DNA of 20,000 nt, from assembly GCA_001687465.1 (NCBI GenBank), contig LVLI01000190.1, positions 120,844 to 140,843 of the forward strand. Reading direction: 5' to 3'. This DNA comes from Halocafeteria seosinensis (lineage: Eukaryota). The notes beneath the pieces are model-generated. The model ran no database searches. It saw nothing but the letters and a program-made list of their open reading frames with translations, and had not been told where the DNA came from. Below are positions 1 through 10,136 of this stretch, in pieces (position 1 is the stretch's first letter; each line of letters begins with the position of its first letter). Made by a program: the position numbers and the translations under genes.

Positions 1-14
1 TTCTTTGATGGGAA

Positions 15-1294
15 TTATGGCTCTCTATTTCCTCTGTCGCGTAATCCGTCTTGCTCATCAGCGGGACTCATAGACTCATCCAAGACCAGTTCTGTGTCGT
101 CATCATCCAGGATACTGTAAGTACCTCGCTGAGTGGTACTCTTGGGTCGTTGGTTCCTTTTATCGTTTCCTTGATTATGTTCATTTTCTTGATTTAGAGG
201 CATTCGGTCGATGTCCTCGTTTTCTTCATCATTCGGCTCCGCATTCAAGGATCTGTAATTGCTCAGCAGGAGTCACTGCGAACTTTGACTCTTTAAGATT
301 TTGAGTAATACTTACGAGTATTGACCTGGGGTCGTATTTCTTCGTTCGTTCTTGTACCTGCGTATTTTCTCGGCCACTGACTGAAACCGATTCTTCACTC
401 CTGTTCCCATATTCTGCACGCCTCTCTTGATGCTTCCCCATGTATCGCTTTCACCTTGGCTTCTTTCCAACGCCTCCGCCACTGATAGAGATCTCCGTTG
501 AGGTTGTCCTTGCCCGTTTTGTCCACGGAGTCGCTGAGATCTTCTCCAGTATTCTTGTTCAGCCTGTAAAGTGTTCTTTATCGGTGTCGTCGAACGGAAC
601 AGTAGAGAAGCGGGCACCTTACCTGAACGTATGCCGCCAAACGGGGGTCCCGACGCAGAATCTCTGCTCCTTCTTCACTATCCAGCATCTGTGCGTACGA
701 GAAGTACGTAAAGAGTTTTCGATGACAATAACATTTCAATAGAGGGGAACAGCGTACTTCGAATAACTGAGCGTCGGTCATCACACTTCGGCCCTGGGAC
801 CGAGTTGGCATACTCGAGCCTGGCACTTTCAGGAAGTCTCGAGGAAGAGGATGTCTCCACGTTCCATGACTATCCCGTCGAGGAACCCGCTCTCTTTCAC
901 TGGGAGTGCAAAAGACTCATCACACACCGTACTGTATCTACATATTCCCCAGTATCACCCACCTTTGGTGTTGTGCACCTTGAGGCGGGGCAGTGCTAGT
1001 ATGTTGTTGCGAAGTGTGACTAACATCCTCGGCTTCAGAACTAGCTGCGCTAGTAGGCTGTTGAGACCCTTCAGTTTGGGAGTTCTGTATTTGCAGGAGT
1101 TGGTCTATTGAATCCTCTACACGCCCTTCTGCAGCATTCGCAATAATGTTCAAGGAGTACGAAACACATGCTCTAGGCACATTCCCCCTACCATTGGCCT
1201 CCAATATCGTCTGAATTACAGTGTCGTCTATATCCTGAAACATGGAGCGTAATGTACCCATTACCTCCTCCATAGTGAGTCGTTGTTCAGCCAT
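15..1294 (-). CDS. CUE-domain (ubiquitin-binding) protein, CUEDC1-like; 6 exons: complement(join(15..252,316..563,623..688,758..899,963..1128,1192..1294)), 320 aa
   Basis: Five GT-AG introns (63, 63, 69, 59, 63 nt) join the ORF fragments in frame (963 nt total). The N-terminus 'LRSMFQDIDDTVIQTILEANEGRVEDSIDQLLQI' fits the CUE pattern (MFP-like motif, later di-Leu). 'WRHPLPRDFLKV' resembles the LPxDFLR motif of CUEDC1-like proteins. Confidence 0.85.
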
Positions 1295-1384
1295 TCTTCG
1301 TTGTTTTCCGAGCACACAACTTCTGAGGATATTCTTGCACCAAGGGAATATTCAACCCCTCGTCACGCACACACGAGTAAAGAC

Positions 1385-1409
1385 AAAAAAAAGAAAAAAA
1401 AAAAGAAAA
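1385..1409 (+). repeat. Interrupted poly(A) tract upstream of the CUE gene
   Basis: Sequence aaaaaaaagaaaaaaaaaaagaaaa, about 90 nt upstream of the CUE gene ATG. Confidence 0.7.
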
Positions 1410-2228
1410 GCAATAGATTAATCTTATCAAAACATATGACAATTTAAACAAACAGTGGAAACAGGTATTCTCAGACGCGATTCATAATGATTCATGTCAA
1501 AGAACGGAGTCCCAGATTGAGGTTGAAGTCCCGCAATCTGCGAGGCTGAACAATGTTAGCTTCACTCAGCGGTATATATGTGTACTTGTACGCGTATATC
1601 TAAGGTGTGGTTTCGAGGTGAAGTGTAATTGCAACTTTAGCGTTGGGTATTCGCGATGTATCTGGCCTACGCGACGGTGAACCCTGAAGCAGGGAGACAA
1701 GCCGTATTCTCCGTGGAGAATTTCTCCCATGGTAGGGCAAGACGCCACCTCGGATTGGCACACTTTCCTCATCTATGTATACCAATTTGGCGTATACATA
1801 GTAACGTCGCAAAGGGCAGGCGGTAAGCGTGGCAACATCGTGCCTGCGGTTCCGTTGCGGCTCGCCAGTGGCCACGTCATGTTGCAAATTGGTTCCGAGA
1901 GTCTATTATCTCCGGAAGTTCAGACTGGAACTCTCAGTAAGATCCAGTTAGGAAGAGTCCACATTGCGGTGAGCCACTGGTGACCACAAGTTGGTCCACA
2001 TTGGACTCCACAACTACAAGTGTGGTCAAGTTCAACATCGTATGTGAAGCTCACTGTGAACGCCGCAAGCGGGGTATTCGCCCACCGGTTCATTTTATCG
2101 GAAGTAACGCGAGTTGATTGTGCGGATCATTTCAAGGATCAGTCTTATTTCTCCTGTGGAAAGAAGAACTCCCCCCGCCAAGAACAGGCACATCAATCTA
2201 CTGCAGTGTGCAAGCTGCTGCTCCATGC

Positions 2229-3019
2229 ATGGCTAGCCTGGCGCACGTGCGGGTAGTAGTGAGGTTAATAAGTTAAACCCCAAGACTCCCTTCCTGCAGA
2301 AACTTATCATGTATTGTGGATCCTCTAAAAAGGATGCATCGATTCGTGCAAGGAAGGAAGTAGAAAGGAGTGCTTGTACTGATTCCGGAAACAATCGGCA
2401 AGCAGCAGGAGCCTCAAACGACGGCAACTCCCGACAGAAGAAGGTACTGGTTCTTCCTGATTCTCAAAGATCGTCATCGCTGGGAATCAATGGCTCTGTG
2501 CGCATGGATTACGGGCAGAGGTCGTCCCAACGTCCATCCTTAGAAGCATCGATTCGGCGACAAACCTGTAAGGATGGATATGGAGGCACTGAATACGATA
2601 ACATTGTTTTTGATGAAAGTAAAGAGTTCCACAAAAGTAAAGACAGTACAGCAACAGATGCCAAGTCTCTGCATAGTTCGAACAGCAGTGGTAAGCCAAC
2701 TGGCACGGAAGATGCTGATGAAGGCCGGCCGGGAACCCCTCCACCTCTTTGTGGGGAGATGACGCTACGCAAGGAATACTGTATCAAGAGTGGCAAGAAA
2801 AACAAGAAACAGCAATATAAGCGACTAGGGGGATCGAAAAGCTCTTTGGGCAGTCGAAGCAGTATCGGAGGGGCCAGTGAAAGTGTCGACCTGGCGCAAG
2901 ACATGACGAGTTGCGCGTCGCAAAACCAGCAATCTGCAGTGGATTTTGATGACAAGGAACAGGATATCACTCAAAATACCAACAGCTCGTCTGATGACTC
3001 CTCTGATGGCTCTCCATGA
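2229..3019 (+). CDS. Ser/Arg-rich, probably disordered hypothetical protein, tandem paralog A; probable join(2229..2252,2300..3019), 247 aa (or unspliced from ATG 2309)
   Basis: 236-aa ORF with clear similarity to the next gene (VLVLPDSQRSSSLGINGSVRMDYG...PSLEASIRRQT..DGYGG). A short first exon MASLAHVR|GTAGTA...CCTGCAG is in frame and mirrors the VR|GTA junction of paralog B. This first exon is less certain than the main exon. Confidence 0.75.
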
Positions 3020-3624
3020 AAGGACATATTCATCTATAGTGTAGTCTATCGTTGACGAGAACAGCGGCCGACCTGCCCACGTATGTTATGTTACATTGTT
3101 ATTCGTCCTGTGAGCCGCCAGACTACCGTGCAGTTCCGCAGGTTGAGAATACACTACCGCATTTGTCTGTAGTATCACATTGAGAGCCACACGCTCTCCA
3201 CTTTCTTTCTCAGGCACATAGAGAACAGCAGCAGACTCGGTCAGAAGGAGCTGTTTTGCTCGGCCCAAGTTCCGAAGCACGTTACGGGAGGCCGACAGGA
3301 CGGCCGAAGTCCGCTCTTGCAGAGTGTAACGGCACACCTGGATTGGCACATACATGTATACATGCATGTTTACGCACATTGTAAGTGTTTGATCCTTGTG
3401 ACCGAATGTGGAACAGCATACACGTATACAAAACCTTTTGTTAGTGTGTTTTGGTGCTGTTGGTTTTAGCCTTCTCTTTGCCCCTCAAACCCCTTTTTTG
3501 TTGCATTAGTGACGCTTAGACGTCGCATTCTTCTTCCTCTGGGGCATCAAGGGAAGAAGAGGGACCACATGCGTTTTTAGATCCACGCTCTACGTTGAGG
3601 ATTTGCTGGTAAATCTCAAGCAAA

Positions 3625-4563
3625 ATGGCCGATGCGGGATATCCTCGGACACGGAGTTCCTCTTGCAGCCGAGGACAAACGGTGGGGACTGTGCGCGTAC
3701 GTTGAAGTACATACGTGTACTGACTCAAGGAATGCATGTGTTTGCCAATGCAGAACGCGGATGAGGCACAACATTTTAGTACACCTAACGCCCATACAGG
3801 TAGGTATATGAACAATGAGGATACTGAGAATCAAGTGCCACGAGTCAAGGAAGTCAAGTTTGCTGCCGAAGATGCCTCAGAACGCCTTCAATCGGGAAGT
3901 ACACACTCGAATGTGATCGGTGACCCTTCGAGTGTGGAAGGCAGGGACAGGCGACGGGTACTGGTGCTTCCAGAGTCACAGAGATCGTCATCGTTAGGAA
4001 TTAACGGCACAGTCCATGTCGACTATGGCAAGCGTTCACGTCGTCAGCCGTCCCTTGAAGCTTCAATTCGGAGACAGACGTCTATCGATGGATATGGCGG
4101 ACATGCCGAAAATGGAGGCATGTATGATAAAATAGAGTTCGACGAATCTTCCCGGCGACAGTTGCAGGCCCAAGCCCATGGCCGAAGTAGCGAAGTGACA
4201 TCAGACGCCCATTCGATAGAGAACTCTAGAGGCCAGTCACATGATCCAAGAAGCAAATCAGGATCCACAGACAACAAGCCTCGTCCATCCACTCCTCCTC
4301 CTCTCGAAGGAAGCATTGAAGACACCCATGAGTATTACATCAAGACAGACAGTAAGCGGAAGCCTCAGAAATACAGAGGATTAGGCAGTTCCTCTGCCTC
4401 CAGTTCGAGGAGCTCTATCAGTCGCCGCACATCTGGCATCGACCTTAATAATGATATGACGAGTTGTGCTACCCCTAATAAAGATTCGAAAAAGAATGGA
4501 GAGCAAATCTCGGACGAAAGGTGCTCGAGCGGAAGCGCGTTTGATGACTCCAGCTCCGACTAA
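3625..4563 (+). CDS. Ser/Arg-rich, probably disordered hypothetical protein, tandem paralog B; join(3625..3696,3754..4563), 293 aa
   Basis: A 57-nt intron (GTACGT...TACTGAC branch point...ATGCAG) joins MADAGYPRTRSSSCSRGQTVGTVR to the long ORF. Shares conserved blocks with paralog A (VLVLPESQRSSSLGING, RPSTPPPL, DMTSCA). Confidence 0.8.
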
Positions 4564-4835
4564 GCAAAGCAAGTGGCCGCAGCGCAACTCACTACAGTAC
4601 CTGCAAGGATGTACAGTTGCTTTTTCTAGTTGTTTTAATTTGTTGATGTTGAGCCGCGGATATAAATGCTATGTAATACACTACGGCCGTGTAACGAATT
4701 CCTGCGTTGTATAATTCAATCTTGACTTCGGCTTCACGTTCCATGCATGCCTTTGTAGTTCAATGCATAGAAGCAATAGAGTTGTTGGATGAGTGGAAGA
4801 GTTCAAGTTTTCCTCCCCCACAGTTAGAATGAACC

Positions 4836-5804
4836 ATGGCGTCCTTGGACAGTATCTGTAAGCCTTTGTTCACTGTCCTGCTCACCATATTTGAGTCCTT
4901 TTACGGTAAAGTGAGTCGAGTACATGTTCCACAGTTCTACGCGTTTTTGGAGTCTATGCGTCACTGTTACGTGCATCGCGCAGCTGCATGAAATATGCTG
5001 TCCTCTCTTCGAAAAAGTCCCGCGAACCATTGGAGGCTACACGGTCTTCACTGCCAACATTGTGACCTACTCCCGGACTCTGCTGGTGATTCCCATCGCT
5101 TACTGCATGAGGATGAATTTGACAGGGTGGGCATGTCTCCTAGTGCTTTGGCATGATACACTAGACCATGTGGATGGGTGAGTAGAAAGACGCGCATCGA
5201 ATATTAACTTCCATTGTTTACCTATATACCACTTCTTGTTCGCTTCAGAATCGTCGCCAAAGCACAGATTAACGTGGGGTACAAGGATGATTCCCAGTGG
5301 GGATCGTTTGTGGATGCCTTTTGCGACAAAATTGTGTTTATTTTCTCGCTTTGGACCATACTTATCGTACTCGGCTATGAAAGTGAACCAGTATGGCTTT
5401 CATGGTTTATCATATCGGTCTCGGCCGCATTGATCTTCTATGAATTTGCTATCGGTGCAATTCGAGTTAACGATTACTACTACGAATATTTCCAGCAAAA
5501 CAGTGGTAGCAAGAAGAAACTCAAAGGTACGCTTATCTCCATTGCATGCGAACAACCGTTCCGCCGTATGATTTTGATGGTCCGTACAGCTGTCATGGAG
5601 GGAAAGCTGAAGCAGAAATTTGAATCCTTTGGAATTGCTTTCCTTGCTTTGGGGTTACCCTACCCAAGCAAATCGATCGCGACACCCGTTGGACTGATTT
5701 GCCTTTTGATGGCAACGTATCTAGCACACCAGTCCCTGGCACATAAGTTAAGCGCATACCCCCAGTTCCACAGAATTCTCGGAAATGTGAAACCACCCGA
5801 ATAA
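4836..5804 (+). CDS. CDP-alcohol phosphatidyltransferase (PgsA/cardiolipin synthase-like membrane protein); join(4836..4910,4984..5177,5249..5526,5590..5804), 253 aa
   Basis: After splicing, the family signature reads DHVDGIVAK-x13-GSFVDAFCD (D-x2-DG-x2-A[RK]...G-x3-D-x3-D). Also 'TANIVTYSR' (PN.lT..R-like), 'EGKLKQ' and several hydrophobic helices. Introns are GTGAGT/GTGAGT/GTACGC...CAG of 73, 71 and 63 nt. Confidence 0.9.
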
Positions 5805-5886
5805 ACTCACTGATATTATTGAGGGTGGGTTATCTTGAGTACCAAGGCACGCCGCTTACAGTTTGATGCAAGCATTTTAAATTCGC

Positions 5887-8800
5887 CTAGATTGCCGGGT
5901 CTAGTATATCATATCCCCGTAGAACGGGAAATAGACTTACGGCACGTTCAAGGACCTTAGACTGCTCGCTGGTAACAGTTCCATTCATGACTCCGACTTG
6001 TTCTGCAGCGATAGACGCTAGGAATCTTAAATTAGTGTCCATAGACTGCGCTATGAACGAGTCAGTTTCTTTCCATAAGAGCAGCAATTCGTACACTGTC
6101 CCCTTAATAATTATATTGCCCCCTAATGCCACTTCTAGAAATCCTTCCACCAAACCTTGGGTCATCATCCCCGCATCAGTGCTGTCGTCGTGAGTAGTGG
6201 CGGTTTTATACATTTGCCAAAGCAATTCAAAAATCGGCCGATAAAGAGACTGACAGAGCTCACCAAACCTTATATTGTGTTCACTCAGCGGTATACCTGA
6301 AGAGTCAACCACAGCCTCAAATGGGTTAGAATTGCTGAACGTGTGCTGCGGTGCATGTGCAGGAGAAGGGGTTTCCGGCTCCACCGCGAAAGGATCTGTG
6401 CTCTCCGGCACAGCGTCCCCAGTGGGAGTTTTGCGTACACCAAGCCCGCACGTCTGTGCTAAGTTCTTTCCAATCCATCTAACAGCGGTGATAGCTATCC
6501 TGCTGCTGGCCTCAGTTACAGTTTCACCTGACTGTCCCTGCCATTCCCAAGGCAAGCTTGACGCGTGTGACAATCTTAGCATATTGCCGACGTTATATCT
6601 TAGTCCATCATTTGTTTCCTCACGAATAACCCCTGAATCGCCATTCCATACGAGTGAAGCCATTCCAGGGTGCTCGAACGTCGTTCTTCCCCACAACTCT
6701 CGGTAACACTGCTTCTCTGATGGTAACCCATTTAAAAGCCGCGTCAAGTGTATGCACAAGTTGCGGGATTCGAGTGTCAACTTGTTTCGCTTCTCCACAG
6801 TAAAACTGAGGCATCGGCGAATCAGTAAGCATATCCTCATGCTTGTGTCCCATGTGGCCTCTAATGCCTCATCCATTATGACTCGTGGTTCACTTAAGAT
6901 CTCGTTCAACAGAACATGCCTCACTAACTCTGTTAGAGGGCTTATTGCGGCGAACTGTATAGCGCTAAGAGTTTGGTACACTTTGCGTTGTTGTTGTGTA
7001 GTGGCTCTATATGTGCCAAGAAGCGAAGTGTTCAGCCCAATCCTACTCATTGATACACACTTGGCATTCATTGACTTGATCGCTCGGTTTGAATCCTGGC
7101 GCCCCAATTGAGCCAGAGACTGAGAGATAGCGTAAAGGCACAAATCACAATGGTCCTCCACTAGATCGTATTCGTGCAGGAATCTACTATCCTTACGCAC
7201 ATGCGACTCTAGGTTCCATATATCCTCCTGATCTAGCGTCCACATCAACGCCTCTAATAGCATTCGCCGAGGAGTGGGCCCAATCCCTTCTTGGACTGAC
7301 CTGCTACCTTGAGACCATGGTTGCAACAGTATGGAGGTGATTCTCTTCTGAATCTTTTGCATATTTGCTTTCAATTTCTTACGAATACAAGCAAATCGTT
7401 TGCTGTGTACATCCGCAAAGGGTCCTCCAGCTTGAGCACTTTGCTCAATTAACCGCAACAGCGCTGAGCAGCCACTCGACTTCGGATACACCCACGGAAA
7501 CGCCTGAACCTGCCAGTCGACCCACGCTCTTCCCAGGAACATAACCGATTTTGCAGCAGAACATATTAGAGCACCTCGGTGCTGCACCTGCTGTTCGAGA
7601 TGGTTCGACGCCGTTTCAGAAACGGAACTACTAGCCGAAGTGGAGGCAGCCATCCGCGACAGTTGCAGTACATCTCTTAGTGTTGCATCGGTATCGGTCG
7701 TTCCCTCATATATATAGAGAGAAGGATCAAATAACGCATGAGCGTGCTCTAACGCGACTGCCGCTCCTTCCAAGAGATGGGAGAAGAGAGAAACACCATA
7801 TCCGGAAGAAATCGACGGAACAACTGATCGTGGATAAACCTCCCGTACCTTCACCATGACCTGCTCCGAGACGTCTCTTTCTTTAGCTTCTTCGGAAAGA
7901 GATTCTTTCAGGAATGTTGTGGAGTTCGAATGACCATTATCAGAGGGTAGTTCATAGTTCAGAATACGAGACACTCCTCCAGCTGCAAGGATCCGAGATG
8001 CCTCTAACGAAACTCTCCACCTGCGATCAAAGCTCATCATCACAATAAGATGATACGCATGATTTGTATGCTGCGGAATATATCGACTAGAATGTACGCC
8101 CGCTCTACGAGCAATTCCATCCCAAATAGTCCCTTTTGAAGATGCGCCATTTTCCACAGGCTTATCACCGGTATCACCAGCATCGGTTGAAAAGGATTCC
8201 TCATCCGGAAAGGTAGAAACATGTGTGGCGACTTCCCCGCTTAAATCTTTCATCTCAGTGTTGACACGAAGATCACAAAAATTTGACATCGACTCTATTT
8301 TGTGGACATCTATGCCTGCAATCAGTCCGCAACAGCGACAACAATAGACCCCAGCGGAAGAATCCAGTAAAATGTTTGCCGTCTCTCGAGTAGAGACATC
8401 TGAAGCTGAAAGGGTAACATTGGGGTTGCTCCATTCGATGTTGTACAGTGCGTGCTCCGGAGATACGAATCTCGCTGGAAGATGCGGGAGTAATAGAGGG
8501 GGGGCGGACTGTTCCCCTCCAACTTTTCTGATGCCACGAAGCGCAGTGTCGTCGGGTTTGGGGAGCTTTCCGATAGCATCTTTCATCATTGAATTTGATA
8601 CCGGTTCAGTATCTATGGCTCCCTGAACACTCGGCGGGGAATTTGCCGGACGGATATGCTCTTTGTCTAAATGAGTGAATAGGAGTATGTATGAGTTGTT
8701 GCAGAAAGGCAATATGGCCTCTGCCACGTCGGCAAGAGAGGTCGCTTTTCTTTCCTTCAATAAGCCTCCGACATTCTGCTCTATCTGCTCAATGTGACCC

Positions 8801-9888
8801 TTTATGTAATCCACCTCAACCATACTTCGGGAGTGGGCGTAGATAGAGGAAGCCGAAATCCTACTAGCATCTGCATTCCAATTACAAAGCCCTACGCTCA
8901 AATGACTCAGAGCAGTGTGGTCAAGTGGCTGACGTCTTCCTAGCGCACAGTACAGCGGTGCCACAGGTGCTAGTTGTCGCCTATACTCCTTCGACTTTTT
9001 ACCAAACTGTGGCACAGTCAAAAAAAAATATCAGAAAAATGGACATCACTCGTAACAGCGGCATACAATGTATAACACAACATGCTCACCTCTTTTCTGT
9101 GTGTGCATGTATCCTCCACGCTAGCCACATAAGCGGTGATATTGTCCAGGTCGCCTCTACGAAAATTGCGGTATACCGCCATTGCTATTCGCGGGCGCTG
9201 CCGCCACCATTGTTCGTGTATCTCTGGTGACGGTTCCACTGACAGTGGGATATCCGGTAGAGGGAAAAAAGGCTGGACCAGATGAGCATGAGCTAGGAGG
9301 GCACTGAATTTACAAGCGTCCACGGGCGTCCGTTCTGGTAAGTTTGCAATCTCGCTCAAGAGCTGCAGGTTTCTCAGATACAACCGCACCGCAAACATGA
9401 CATGAACAACAGGTCCCAGCTACGACAACAGACACAACACACACACATACCTCTGTTTCTGCTCCCAAACAATTAGGCTGTGTGCGCTGCCCTATAGCAA
9501 AGAACGCAAAGATGGTGCGTAGCAATTTGTTGTCATCTGAGCCTGATTTCGAAGGAGTACAGTGGTCCATCACTGCCAGCATCATAAGGTATGTAATACA
9601 CATAAAGCAAAGATACACCTCGTGCTCTCTCGACGTACGTGTATGGAGCAATTGCGCCAAATACTGCTTGATATCGGTGTCCGCGGAGGCCATGTCTCGT
9701 AGGATACTGAGCGCTTCCGTACGACTCGCTTTCTTGCTGGCTTTCGAGCATGCTTCCTCCAAAGCTGGTAGCTTAGAGCCCTTCTTGAGAGACGTGGGGC
9801 CTTTCTCGAGTTCATCACTCTCATGGCTATTCGTGGTCTTCTTGGAAGGAGAGGTGAGGCGAAAAGAGTCCCGGAAACGAGACGTCAT
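5887..9888 (-). CDS. Large uncharacterised protein, ~1,276 aa; complement(join(5887..9006,9090..9362,9451..9888))
   Basis: A 3.1-kb open last exon is joined to two upstream ORFs by phase-0 introns: GAG|GTGAGC...CACAG (83 nt) and GAG|GTATGT...CTGCAG (88 nt; an alternative in-frame acceptor ends at 9420). Leu/Ala-rich helical character, DPF and NPF motifs near the C-terminus, and a CCRCC motif. No family recognised. Confidence 0.8.
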
Positions 9889-10136
9889 AATCAATCAGTC
9901 ACTACGTATACACTTTTTTGAAGAGATGCAAAAAAGACAGGGTTTGGTGGCCCAAACTATATCATTCAACACTACTGATACTTCCAAAGTATGGCGTCAA
10001 CACTGTCCAGGACGAGTCTCTGAGATGTTGTGAAGGAACCTCACTCCACCAGTCGTTACTGGAAGTCAAGAAAGTGCTATACTCGTACTATCTACATGAA
10101 GTGTATTTGCTAGTGCAAAAAACAGCCAACTCACTA

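Noticed and set aside
1420..2220. Short overlapping ORFs and small repeats (gtccacattg twice) between the CUE gene and paralog A
   Set aside because: No coherent exon chain or protein motif; no tRNA or snRNA pattern recognised; the repeats are too short to be significant.
2509..2970. 153-aa minus-strand ORF (and 4044..4325) with similar ends
   Set aside because: Antisense shadows of the two plus-strand paralogs; their similarity simply mirrors the conserved sense block.
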